Shown: piece after piece, positions 19,512 through 28,625 of the stretch | How the letters are laid out: each line of letters begins with the position of its first letter | Position numbering within the stretch: the stretch's first letter is position 1 | Origin: Vulcanimicrobiota bacterium | GTDB taxonomy: Bacteria; Vulcanimicrobiota; Vulcanimicrobiia; Vulcanimicrobiales; Vulcanimicrobiaceae | Direction: 5' to 3' | Length of the DNA: 64,000 nucleotides | Assembly (NCBI GenBank): GCA_963695225.1 | Contig: OY968762.1 | Span: forward strand, 2,880,001 to 2,944,000 | The notes under the pieces: generated by a model | Database searches by the model: none | Told to the model about the DNA's origin: nothing | Seen by the model: the letters and a program-made list of their open reading frames with translations, nothing else | Position numbers and translations under genes: made by a program

Positions 19512-20852
19512 ATGGGTTCTCGCCGGATCCTCGCTCTGGTCGGCGGTTTCGCAGCCGCTGCGCTTGCCGGGTACTTCGCGTTCCGGCCGCCGGCGCAGCA
19601 GCAGCAGGCAACGCAAGTCGCGAGCGGTCCGATCGGCGCCGTCGAGCGCTTCTTCGTCCCCGATCCGCAGACGCTGTTCGGAAAACCCGCTCTTCGCGTT
19701 CTCCTCGTGGGCCTCGACTACGATTACGACTCGCTGGACCAAGAGACGTCCAAGCAGTCCCGCAGCGACATCATCATGGCCCTCAACCTCGATTTCCGCC
19801 GCAAGCGCGTCGCGGAGCTTTCCATCCCGCGCGACATGATCGCGACGCTGCCGAACGGCACGACGGCGAAGATCAATGAAGCGCAATCGGAAGGAGGCAT
19901 CCGCGAATCGCAAGCCGTCGTTTCGCAGTGGCTGGGGATTCCGGGATTCGACCGGTACATCGTGCTGCGCATCGATACGGCGAAGGATCTGGTGAACGCG
20001 CTCGGCGGCGTCGACATCGACGTCAAGAACTCGAATGCGCTGCGGGGAACGGGCAAGAACGGCCCGATCGATTACGAGGACCACTGGGGCCATCTTTCGA
20101 TCCACCTCAAACCGGGCATGCAACGGCTGGACGGGGAACGCGCCGTCGGGTACGCGCGCTTCCGGCACGACTGGTGCAGCGATCCGTGCCGCATCATGCG
20201 TCAGCAGCAGTTGATCCGCGCCGTGCTCGACCGGATCGAACGCAACCAATGGAACACGCTGGCGAGCGCGCAGCGGTTGCTCGGCGTCGTACGCAAGGAC
20301 GTGGATACGAACTTCACGATGCAAGAGGAACTCTCGACGGCCGTCGCCTTCTCGAACCTCGCCCCCAAAGACGTCGCAACGGCGCAGGTGCCGTATCTGC
20401 GCAACGTCGACTTGCCCGGCTACGGGGATTCGCTCGTCCCCGACGAGGCGGCGAAGCAGCGGCTCGTCGCCGCGGCGTTCCCGCCGCAGGACGAGGTCGC
20501 GGGCGAGGCGGAGCCCGCCGCCGCGGCCGGCTCGGCCGGCATCCGCATTCGCGTCGAGAACGGGACGACGGTCGTAGGCCTGGCCCACCGCGTTGCGGGG
20601 AATCTGCGGCGGCAGGGGTACACGATCGCGCACGTCGGCGACGCGCCGAGCCACGACGTCGCGGTGACGAGGATTCAAAGCGCCCAAGCCGGGCTCTCCG
20701 CCTCGTATCGCGTGCGCAGCGCGCTCGGCCCGGGTGCGACGGCGGCGCTGGTCGAGCCGGCCGCGCCCGCGGCCGGCGCCGCTGCGGACGCCGGCGAGGG
20801 GGCAGACGTGACGGTCATCCTCGGGAACGACATCGTCTCCGGCAAACGTTGA
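19512..20852 (+). CDS. LCP (LytR-CpsA-Psr) family protein with LytR C-terminal domain
   Basis: N-terminal TM; 'VLLVGLD', 'RSDIIM', 'LSIPRD', 'KINEA', 'LDGERAVGYARFRHD', 'RIMRQQ'; C-terminal 'VENGT...GLA...DVTVILGND'. Confidence 0.92.
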   Translation: MGSRRILALVGGFAAAALAGYFAFRPPAQQQQATQVASGPIGAVERFFVPDPQTLFGKPALRVLLVGLDYDYDSLDQETSKQSRSDIIMALNLDFRRKRVAELSIPRDMIATLPNGTTAKINEAQSEGGIRESQAVVSQWLGIPGFDRYIVLRIDTAKDLVNALGGVDIDVKNSNALRGTGKNGPIDYEDHWGHLSIHLKPGMQRLDGERAVGYARFRHDWCSDPCRIMRQQQLIRAVLDRIERNQWNTLASAQRLLGVVRKDVDTNFTMQEELSTAVAFSNLAPKDVATAQVPYLRNVDLPGYGDSLVPDEAAKQRLVAAAFPPQDEVAGEAEPAAAAGSAGIRIRVENGTTVVGLAHRVAGNLRRQGYTIAHVGDAPSHDVAVTRIQSAQAGLSASYRVRSALGPGATAALVEPAAPAAGAAADAGEGADVTVILGNDIVSGKR

Positions 20853-20859
20853 ACGGAGC

Positions 20860-21204
20860 ATGATCGTCCTGCGGCCGCTCCTCGCCCTGATCGTCGCTCT
20901 GGCGATCGTGCCGCAGCCTGCGACGGCGATCGACCCGGGCTACGATATTTGGTTCGCGGGGCAGATCGTCTCCGTGGATTTCCGCCGCGGCATGCTCGTG
21001 ATCGCGCACGGGCCGACGCAGACCTCCGGGCCGGCGCTCGAAACCTGCAGGCTCGGCCGGAGTTCGTTGCAGCGCGTGCGCGCCGGCATGGAAATCGAGG
21101 CGCAAGCGGATACGCACCGCCGTCCGTGGACGATCCTGCACTTAAGGGTCTTCGAGATCACGCCTGTAAAGAAGAACCCGCTGCAGATCGCCCTGCGAGG
21201 GTGA
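20860..21204 (+). CDS. Small secreted hypothetical protein (possible OB-fold)
   Basis: GGAG RBS, signal-peptide-like N-terminus, fills the gap between LCP and pyk. Confidence 0.6.
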   Translation: MIVLRPLLALIVALAIVPQPATAIDPGYDIWFAGQIVSVDFRRGMLVIAHGPTQTSGPALETCRLGRSSLQRVRAGMEIEAQADTHRRPWTILHLRVFEITPVKKNPLQIALRG

Positions 21205-21272
21205 CATTGCGGCTCGTCCATCGACGGGCGCAGGGACAACGGGACCGGGCGCCCGAACGCAAGCGGCACAAC

Positions 21273-22709
21273 ATGCAGAAGCACGCGCGGAAACGTACGA
21301 GGATCGTCGCGACGATCGGGCCGACCTCGCGCGATCCTGCGATGTTGCGCGAACTTTTCTCCGCCGGCGTCAACGTCGTCAGGCTGAACTTTTCGCACGG
21401 GAACCACGCGGAGTTCGCCGCGATCATCGCCGACGTCCGGCGGATCTCGAAGGAACTGGGCCTCCAGGTCGCGGTCCTGCAAGACCTGCCGGGACCGAAG
21501 GTTCGGGCTTCGGCGCTTGCCGACGGGCTCGACGTGATCCGGCTCGTCCCCGGGTCGCTCTTCGAACTGACGACGTCCCCGCAACTCGGGACGACCGCCG
21601 GGACGGGCGTCAACTACCCCGGCCTCGTCGACGACGTCGAGATCGGCAAGAAGATCTACCTCGCCGACGGCGCAATCGCGCTGCGGCTGCTCGAGAAGAC
21701 CGCGCCCGACCGCGTCGTGACGCGGGTCGAGGTCGGCGGGAATCTGCGCGGCAGGCAGGGCGTCAGCTACCCGGACGGTTCGCTGAACATCCCGGCCGTG
21801 ACCGACAAGGATTTCGAGCACCTCGCGTTCGGCGTCGAAGCGGCCGTCGATTGGGTCGCGATCTCGTTCGTGCGCTCGCCGGACGACGTCATCCGCGTCA
21901 AGCGCTTCATCCGGGAGCACGGCGCGGATATCCCGGTCGTGGCGAAGATCGAGAAGCACGAGGCGCTCGAGTGCATCGACGAGATCGTCGCCGTCGCGGA
22001 CGGGATCATGATCGCGCGCGGGGATCTCGGCATCGAGATTCCGCTCGAGCACGTCCCGCTCGTGCAGAAGGATCTCATCGCGCGGGCGAACCGCGCGGCG
22101 AAGCCGGTGATCACGGCGACGCAGATGCTCGAATCGATGATCTTCAATCCGCGCCCGACCCGCGCGGAGGCGAACGACGTCGCGAACGCGATCCTCGACG
22201 GGACGGACGCCGTGATGCTTTCCGGCGAGACGGCGCTCGGCGCGCATCCGCTCGAAGCCGTGCGAGTGATGGCGACGATCGCCCGCGAGGTCGAGGCGCA
22301 GTATCCGCACGAGGATCTGCGCGAGCGCCGGATGACCGGCGGGCACGTGACGGTCGAGACCTCGCTCAGCGAAGCGGCCGTGCGCAGCGCCGAGCAGCTC
22401 GGCCTCGAGTTCATCGTCACGGGGACCTCGACGGCGAACACCGCCCGCCTGATCTCCTCCTTTCGGCCGCGCCCGCGCATCCTGGCGATGACGCCGTTCC
22501 CCGCGATCGCCCGCCGCATGTCCCTGGTGTGGGGCGTCGAGGCGATGATCGTCCACAAGTACCGCCACTTCGAGCGCTTGATCGAGATCGCCGAAGCCCG
22601 GATGCTCCAGGAGGGCTTCGCGAAGAGCGGCGATCAGATCGCCATCACCTCCGGCATGCCGATCGGCGAAGGCGGCACGAACGTCCTGAAGATCCACCCC
22701 CTGCCGTAA
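21273..22709 (+). CDS. pyk: Pyruvate kinase
   Basis: 'RTRIVATIGP', 'RLNFSHG', 'DLPGPKVR', 'AKIEK', 'MIARGDLG', 'TATQMLESM', 'PTRAE..DVANAILDGTDAVMLSGETA'. Confidence 0.97.
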   Translation: MQKHARKRTRIVATIGPTSRDPAMLRELFSAGVNVVRLNFSHGNHAEFAAIIADVRRISKELGLQVAVLQDLPGPKVRASALADGLDVIRLVPGSLFELTTSPQLGTTAGTGVNYPGLVDDVEIGKKIYLADGAIALRLLEKTAPDRVVTRVEVGGNLRGRQGVSYPDGSLNIPAVTDKDFEHLAFGVEAAVDWVAISFVRSPDDVIRVKRFIREHGADIPVVAKIEKHEALECIDEIVAVADGIMIARGDLGIEIPLEHVPLVQKDLIARANRAAKPVITATQMLESMIFNPRPTRAEANDVANAILDGTDAVMLSGETALGAHPLEAVRVMATIAREVEAQYPHEDLRERRMTGGHVTVETSLSEAAVRSAEQLGLEFIVTGTSTANTARLISSFRPRPRILAMTPFPAIARRMSLVWGVEAMIVHKYRHFERLIEIAEARMLQEGFAKSGDQIAITSGMPIGEGGTNVLKIHPLP

Positions 22710-22744
22710 CCCCCTTGCCCCCTGTTTGCGCGGGCGGGGGTTTT
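22709..22744 (+). terminator. Intrinsic terminator after pyk
   Basis: CCCCCTTGCCC...GGGCGGGGG hairpin followed by TTTT. Confidence 0.6.
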
Positions 22745-22754
22745 AGGGTAGAAT
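22726..22754 (+). promoter_or_regulatory. Sigma70-type promoter of the rimP operon
   Basis: TTGCGC (22726-31), 17-nt spacer, TAGAAT (22749-54). Confidence 0.6.
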
Positions 22755-22771
22755 GGGTGCGGTTAGTCAAT

Positions 22772-22796
22772 GAAGCGTGGGCGAGTCCCGCGCTTC
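22772..22796 (+). promoter_or_regulatory. rimP leader hairpin
   Basis: GAAGCGTGGG-cgagt-CCCGCGCTTC stem-loop in the rimP 5' UTR, matching the GGG...CCC hairpin conserved upstream of rimP-nusA-infB. Confidence 0.65.
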
Positions 22797-22825
22797 CTCG
22801 TTGTACGGGGTATTCTTCGCACTAC

Positions 22826-23329
22826 ATGGGATTGGTCGAGACGTTCGAACGGACGGCGCTGGGGCTGCCGTACGATCCGGCATTCGCCGACGTCGAAATC
22901 GTCACGCACGGTGCGCGCCGCCAAGGGCGCGTCACGCTGCTTTCGCTCGTGGTCGACCGGCCCAGCGGCGTCGACGTCGCGCTGTGCGAGCGCGTTGCGG
23001 CCCGGCTGAACGCGGCACTCGATGCGGAAACCGATCTGTATACGCTCGAGGTGGAATCGGCCGGGCTCGACCGGCCGCTCACGAAGCCGGGTGATTACGA
23101 GCGCTTTCGGGATTCCGCCGTGCGCGTGGTGACGACGCTGGCGGTCGGCGGCGCGAAGACGCACCGCGGCAAGCTGCTCGGCGTGCGCGAGACGAACGTG
23201 ATCCTCTTGACGCCCAAGGGAGAGCTTCCGCTCCCGCTGGCTTTGATCAAGTCGGCGAATCTGGAGTACGATATCCGGTCCGACCTGCGCCGCGAGAAAC
23301 AACAGAAACGAGAGAACCGCAAAGCATGA
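22826..23329 (+). CDS. rimP: Ribosome maturation factor RimP
   Basis: 'VDRPSGVDVALCERV', 'YTLEVESAGLDRPL', 'IKSANL'; upstream of nusA. Confidence 0.93.
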   Translation: MGLVETFERTALGLPYDPAFADVEIVTHGARRQGRVTLLSLVVDRPSGVDVALCERVAARLNAALDAETDLYTLEVESAGLDRPLTKPGDYERFRDSAVRVVTTLAVGGAKTHRGKLLGVRETNVILLTPKGELPLPLALIKSANLEYDIRSDLRREKQQKRENRKA

Positions 23330-24546
23330 TCAACACGCAAGAACTGCAAGCCGCGCTCAAGGAGATCCAGGGCGAACGCTCGATTTCGTTCGAGTCGCTG
23401 CTGGAGGCGCTCGAAGCCGCGCTCATCTCGGCGTACAAGCGCAATTTCGGCGGCGAGGCGAACGCGATCGTCACGATCGACCGCGATACCGGCGAATACA
23501 AGGTCTACCACCGGCGCACGGTCGTCGATGAAGTGACCGATCCGAAGCTCGAGATCTCCAAGAAGGACGCGGGTTCGCGTTACGAGCCCGGCGACTTCTA
23601 CGACGAAGAGGTCACGCCGAAGAACTTCGGGCGCATCGCGGCCCAGACGGCGAAGCAGGTGATCGTCCAGCGCATTCGCGAGGCCGAGCGCGACACGATC
23701 TTCAACGAATACAACAACAAGCTGCACGACATCGTGATGGGCACCGTGCAGCGCTACGAGCAGCGCAACATGTACGTCGACCTCGGCAAGACCGAGGCGC
23801 TGCTTCCGCTTTCCGAGCAAGTGCCGCGCGAGAACTACCGCATCAACGATCGCATCCGAGCGTTCGTGCTCGACGTGCGCAAGAACAACAAGGGGCCGTT
23901 GATCGTCCTCTCGCGCGCGGCGGAAGGGCTCGTCCAGCGGCTGCTCGAGCAAGCCGTCCCGGAGATCAACGACAACATCGTCGAGATCATGGCGATCGCG
24001 CGCGAGCCGGGGAACCGTTCGAAGGTGGCCGTGCACTCGCACCGGGCCGACGTCGATGCGGTCGGCGCCTGCCTCGGGCCGAAATCGAGCCGCATCGCGG
24101 CCGTCTCCGACGAGCTGCGCGGCGAGAAGATCGACATCATCCGCTGGTCGCCCGACGCGGTCACGTTCATCACGAACGCGCTGCAGCCGGCGAAGGTCCT
24201 GGGCGTCGAATTGTTCGAGGACGAGGGCGTCGGGCTCGTGACCGTCCCGGATTATCAGCTTTCGCTCGCGATCGGACGCGAAGGGCAGAACGTGCGGCTC
24301 GCCGCCCGGCTGACCGGCTGGCGGCTCGACATCACGAGCGAGAGCGAGGCGGAGGAGACCCGGGCGGGCTACATCGCGGAGCGCGAAGCGCGGACCGCCG
24401 AACCCGCAGCGGTCGAAGCCGTCTCCGAGGCCGTCGAGGTCGAGGAGGGAGCGGAACCCGAAGAGGCGGCGGTCCCGGCGATCGATCCGGAACTGATCCG
24501 CAAGCTCGAGGAGTTCCGTCGCGAGAAGTTCGGGGGCGAAGGTTAG
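23326..24546 (+). CDS. nusA: Transcription termination/antitermination factor NusA
   Basis: '[22 protein letters not shown]', '[12 protein letters not shown]', 'GEKIDII', '[21 protein letters not shown]'. Confidence 0.98.
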   Translation: MINTQELQAALKEIQGERSISFESLLEALEAALISAYKRNFGGEANAIVTIDRDTGEYKVYHRRTVVDEVTDPKLEISKKDAGSRYEPGDFYDEEVTPKNFGRIAAQTAKQVIVQRIREAERDTIFNEYNNKLHDIVMGTVQRYEQRNMYVDLGKTEALLPLSEQVPRENYRINDRIRAFVLDVRKNNKGPLIVLSRAAEGLVQRLLEQAVPEINDNIVEIMAIAREPGNRSKVAVHSHRADVDAVGACLGPKSSRIAAVSDELRGEKIDIIRWSPDAVTFITNALQPAKVLGVELFEDEGVGLVTVPDYQLSLAIGREGQNVRLAARLTGWRLDITSESEAEETRAGYIAEREARTAEPAAVEAVSEAVEVEEGAEPEEAAVPAIDPELIRKLEEFRREKFGGEG

Positions 24547-24548
24547 CG

Positions 24549-24788
24549 ATCGACCCCGTTCGCACGTGCGTCGCCTGCCGCGGCCGCTTTCCGCAACGTC
24601 TTCTGGTCCGCTTCGTCAACGGCGGCGGGGGCTGGGTATGCGATGTAGGAAGGCGGCGCGCGGCCGGGCGCGGCGCCTATCTCTGCTCGGCCGCGTGCGC
24701 GCGGCGGGTGGGCAAGAACAAACGCTTCGCCGGGCTCGCGGGCGCGGCGGCGGCGCACCGTTGGCCCGAGGCGGCACTTTCCCCGTGA
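24549..24788 (+). CDS. ylxR: YlxR/DUF448 (RnpM) family protein; no canonical start codon
   Basis: Manual translation 'IDPVRTCVACRGRFPQRLLVRFV...GRGAYLCSAAC...' has the P.RTC..C and GRGAYLC motifs; lies between nusA and infB; absent from the ORF track. Confidence 0.85.
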   Translation: MDPVRTCVACRGRFPQRLLVRFVNGGGGWVCDVGRRRAAGRGAYLCSAACARRVGKNKRFAGLAGAAAAHRWPEAALSP

Positions 24789-24902
24789 CGCGCCGCACGG
24801 TATGATGGGGTGGTTCCCCCAGGCGACCGGAGTGCTCTCCATGAACTAGCGCAGGTTCGCTCGAACCAATTCCTTGGTTCGAGTGTTTGATAAAAGGACG
24901 AT

Positions 24903-27900
24903 ATGGCAGCGGCTAAAGTACGAATTTTCGAGCTGGCGAAAGAGCTCGGTCTCTCCTCGAAGGAGTTGATCGGCCTTTTCGATAGGCTCGGGTTGGAAGC
25001 GAAGAATCAGCTCAGCGTCGTCGACGACAAGATCGCGGACCTCGTCCGCGGCGTCCTCGGCGGGGCCGCAGCGAAGCCCGCACCGGCGGCGAAAGCCCCG
25101 GCGCCCGCCGCCGCCGCCGCGGCCGGCTCGCCGGCCGCCCCCACCGCCTCCGTGGCGGTCGCGGAGCCGCCTCCCGTTCCGCCTGCCCCGCCTGCCGTAG
25201 CTCCCGCTCCCGCCGTTTCGGCCGCGCCCGCCGCAGCTGTTGCGCCGGCGCCCGCCGCGCCCGCTACGCCGCCCCTCGAGCCGCCTGCCGCTCCCGCCCG
25301 TCCGGCCGCTGCCAAGCCCGTCGAGGCGGTCGAAGAGCCGATTCCGACGCTGCGCCCGGTCACGGCGCCGGTGCGCCGTCCCCAACCTCCGAGGACCGAA
25401 GCCCCGGCCGCCGCGGCGCAAACGGCGCCGCCGAACGGATCGGCCGCTCCCGCGGCGCCGCCTGCCGCCGCTTCCGCCCCGCTCCAGGCTCCCGCGACGC
25501 CGCCCAAGCACGCGCCGCGCCCGCAGCCGCAACACCCGGGCGTCGCCGCGAAGGGTCCGCAGCCGCCCGGCGCCCCGGTTGCAGGGAAGGTTCCCCCGGT
25601 TCAACCGCGGCCCCGGCCGCGCCCCTTCACGCCGGCCGCGCCCGTCGTCGAGGCCCCCATTCCGACGTTGCGCCCGGTTCCCCGCGGCCAGTCCTCGATC
25701 GCCCAGCCGCGGCCCGCGGCCCCGCCCCCGCCTCAGGCGCCGCCCGGCGGCATCGCCGCCTCCGCGACCCCCGGCCCCTCGAGCGGCATCCCCGGCCGCC
25801 CGGGCCTCGCGCCGCGACCGGGCCAGCCCGGCGTGCCCGGTCAAGGCTACCAGCCGCGGCCGCTCGCGCCCGGCCAGCCGCGCCCGCCGGCCCGTCCGGG
25901 GCAGCCGCCCGCGCCCGGCCAGCCGGTGCGCCGCCCGATGTCGAACGGGCCGTTCCGTCCCCTTACGCCGCCCGGCCAGCGCCCGCTCACGCCGCGCCCG
26001 CCCGGCGGAACGCCGCTCACGCCCCCGGCCGCCGGCCCCGGCTCTCCGCAGCCGACCTCCGGCGCGCGCCCCGGCGACCGCAAGCACCATCGCGACGACG
26101 GGAGCAAGAAGGATCGCGAAAAGGATATGCTGCTCGAGAAGGAGCGCCAGCGAAAGAAGCGCGGCTCCTTCGACGCGGCCCCCGCGATCGCGCCCGCCAA
26201 GCTCGAAGCGATCGAAATCCCGGACGTCCTGACCGTCCAGGAACTCGCGACCTCGATGATCATTCCGGTGAAAGACGTCATCAAAGAGCTCATCAAGATG
26301 GGCACGATGGCGACGATCAACCAGAACATTCCGGCCAACACGGCGCAAGCGGTCGCGAAGAAGTTCGGCTTCAACGCGGTCGTCAAGGAAGCCGGCGAAC
26401 AGATCGTCGTCGAGCAAGAAGAAGATCAGCCCGGGATGCTCACGGAGCGCCCGCCGGTCGTCACCGTGCTCGGCCACGTCGACCACGGGAAGACGTCGCT
26501 GCTCGACAAGATCCGCCAAGCGAACGTCGCCGCGGGTGAGGCGGGCGGCATCACGCAGCGCATCGGCGCCTACACGGTCGATCACAACGGCCGCAAGATC
26601 ACGTTCATCGATACGCCCGGCCACGAAGCGTTCACCGCAATGCGCGCCCGCGGCGCGAAGGTGACGGACGTGGCGATCCTGGTCGTCGCGGCCGACGACG
26701 GCGTCATGCCGCAAACGAAGGAAGCGATCTCGCACATCCGCGCCGCGCACGTGCCGATCGTCGTCGCCATCAACAAGATCGACAAGGCCGACGCGCAGCC
26801 GGATCGCGTGATGCAGCAGCTCACGGACGAAGGCTTGCAGCCGGTCGCGTGGGGCGGCAAAACGGAAATGGCGCTCGTCTCCGCCCGCAACGGCAAGGGC
26901 ATCGACGAGCTGCTGGAAACGGTCTTGCTCGAAGCCGACCTGCGAGAACTCAAGGCGAACAAGAATCGCCGCGCGAGCGGGGTCGTGATCGAATCCGCGC
27001 TCGATCGCGGGCGCGGCGCCGTCGCGACCGTGCTCGTGCAGAACGGGACGCTGCGCGTCGGCGACGTCGTCGTCGTCGGCGGAACGTTCGGGAAGATCCG
27101 CGCGCTCGTGGACGACAAGGGCAAGCAAGTGAAGAAGGCCGGGCCTTCGATTCCGGTCGAGATCATGGGCTTGCAGGACGTTCCCAGCGCGGGCGACACG
27201 CTGATGGTCGTCACGGACGAGCGCGTCGCGCGCGAAGCGGCCGCGAAGCGTTCGACGAAACGCCGCGACGTGCGCATCGCCGCATCGAGCGGCCCGCGCG
27301 TCTCGCTGGAAAGCTTCATGTCGACGCTCGCCGACGGCGGGCCGAAGACGCTGAACCTCGTGCTCAAGGCCGACGGCCAAGGCGCGGTCGAAGCGCTTCG
27401 CTCGCGGGTGGAGAGCCTCTCGACGGGCGAGGTGGAGATTCGCGTGATCCTCGCCGGCGTCGGCGCGATCACCCCGAACGACGTCAACCTCGCGAGTGCT
27501 TCGAACGCGGTGTTGATCGGCTTCAACATCCGTTCCGACGAGACGGTCAAGCGCCTCGCCGAGAACGAACAGGTCGATCTGCGCTTCTACCAGGTCATCT
27601 ACGACGTCGAGAACGATCTCAAGAAGGCGATGGTCGGCATGCTGGCGCCGACGTTCCGCGAGATCGTGCTCGGCCGCGCGGAGGTCCGCGAGGTGTTCAA
27701 GGTCTCCAAGGTCGGGACGATCGCCGGCTGCTACGTGCAGAGCGGCAAGCTCGTCCGCGGCGCGAAGGTCCGCATCCTGCGGGATTCGGCCGTCATTGCC
27801 GAGAGCGAGATCGAGACGCTGCGGCGCTTCAAGGACGACGTCAAAGAGGTTCAGGAGAATTTCGAATGCGGCGTGCAGGTGGCGAAGTTCGCGGATCTCA

Positions 27901-27965
27901 AGCAGGGCGACGTCATCGAAGCGTTTGCTTCGGAGATGGTCGTTCGGGATTCGGACGCGGCGTAA
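24903..27965 (+). CDS. infB: Translation initiation factor IF-2 with long Pro/Ala-rich N-terminal region
   Basis: 'KVRIFELAKEL', 'RPPVVTVLGHVDHGKTSLLD', 'GEAGGITQ', 'DTPGHEAF', 'NKID', 'LRRFKDDVKEV'. Confidence 0.98.
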   Translation: MAAAKVRIFELAKELGLSSKELIGLFDRLGLEAKNQLSVVDDKIADLVRGVLGGAAAKPAPAAKAPAPAAAAAAGSPAAPTASVAVAEPPPVPPAPPAVAPAPAVSAAPAAAVAPAPAAPATPPLEPPAAPARPAAAKPVEAVEEPIPTLRPVTAPVRRPQPPRTEAPAAAAQTAPPNGSAAPAAPPAAASAPLQAPATPPKHAPRPQPQHPGVAAKGPQPPGAPVAGKVPPVQPRPRPRPFTPAAPVVEAPIPTLRPVPRGQSSIAQPRPAAPPPPQAPPGGIAASATPGPSSGIPGRPGLAPRPGQPGVPGQGYQPRPLAPGQPRPPARPGQPPAPGQPVRRPMSNGPFRPLTPPGQRPLTPRPPGGTPLTPPAAGPGSPQPTSGARPGDRKHHRDDGSKKDREKDMLLEKERQRKKRGSFDAAPAIAPAKLEAIEIPDVLTVQELATSMIIPVKDVIKELIKMGTMATINQNIPANTAQAVAKKFGFNAVVKEAGEQIVVEQEEDQPGMLTERPPVVTVLGHVDHGKTSLLDKIRQANVAAGEAGGITQRIGAYTVDHNGRKITFIDTPGHEAFTAMRARGAKVTDVAILVVAADDGVMPQTKEAISHIRAAHVPIVVAINKIDKADAQPDRVMQQLTDEGLQPVAWGGKTEMALVSARNGKGIDELLETVLLEADLRELKANKNRRASGVVIESALDRGRGAVATVLVQNGTLRVGDVVVVGGTFGKIRALVDDKGKQVKKAGPSIPVEIMGLQDVPSAGDTLMVVTDERVAREAAAKRSTKRRDVRIAASSGPRVSLESFMSTLADGGPKTLNLVLKADGQGAVEALRSRVESLSTGEVEIRVILAGVGAITPNDVNLASASNAVLIGFNIRSDETVKRLAENEQVDLRFYQVIYDVENDLKKAMVGMLAPTFREIVLGRAEVREVFKVSKVGTIAGCYVQSGKLVRGAKVRILRDSAVIAESEIETLRRFKDDVKEVQENFECGVQVAKFADLKQGDVIEAFASEMVVRDSDAA

Positions 27966-27971
27966 ATTGGT

Positions 27972-28196
27972 GGGAGTGGCGCACGATCATCGCGGTCATG
28001 CCCAACGGCTGGCCGAGGTGACGGCGCGGTACCCCCGCGGGACCGCTGCTCGTTTTCCCATCCATGGGAAAACGAGCGCTACACCGCTCCTCGCTCCCGC
28101 CCTCCGGGCTCCGCTCGTCGTCGGAGTTCCCGCGGGGGTACCGCGCCGTCACCTCGGCTGTCGTCATGGGAGGCCGGCGGGAAGTGCGCCACTCCC
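27972..28196. repeat. Nested palindromic intergenic element (REP/MITE-like or structured RNA)
   Basis: 13-bp outer inverted repeat (27972-27984 / 28184-28196), perfect 31-bp inner inverted repeat (28012-28042 / 28128-28158) and a central hairpin GCTCGTTTTCCCAT-cc-ATGGGAAAACGAGC (28048-28077). Confidence 0.85.
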
Positions 28197-28214
28197 GTCT
28201 GTGGGGGGAATGGT

Positions 28215-28625
28215 GTGAAGCAGCAGCGGCAGCAGCGGATCGATCATGAGATTCAGCGGGAGCTGGCTCGGATTATTTCTACGGAGCTCAAGGATCCGCG
28301 GTTGGGGTTCGTTACGGTTACGCGGGTGGAGGTGCAGCAGGATCTGCACGTGGCGAAGGTGTTCGTTTCCATCATTGGGGATCGGCACGTCGCCCGGCAG
28401 AGCATGGATGCGCTGAAGTCGGCGGCGGGGTATATGCGCGGGGAGCTGGGGGCTGCGGTCAAGCTGCGGCATACGCCGGAGCTTGCGTTCGTTGAGGACC
28501 GCACTACGGAGCGCGCGATTGCGCTGAGCCGGACGCTGGCGGCGGCTGCGGCGAAGGATGCGGCGGCTGCCGCTCCTCGCGCCGAGATTGCCGAAGGGCC
28601 TGGGGAAGAGGGATCGCATGATTGA
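28215..28625 (+). CDS. rbfA: Ribosome-binding factor A
   Basis: 'RQQRIDHEIQRELA...LKDPRLGFVTVTRVEV..DL..AKVFVS', 'LRHTPELAF.ED'. Confidence 0.95.
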   Translation: MKQQRQQRIDHEIQRELARIISTELKDPRLGFVTVTRVEVQQDLHVAKVFVSIIGDRHVARQSMDALKSAAGYMRGELGAAVKLRHTPELAFVEDRTTERAIALSRTLAAAAAKDAAAAAPRAEIAEGPGEEGSHD

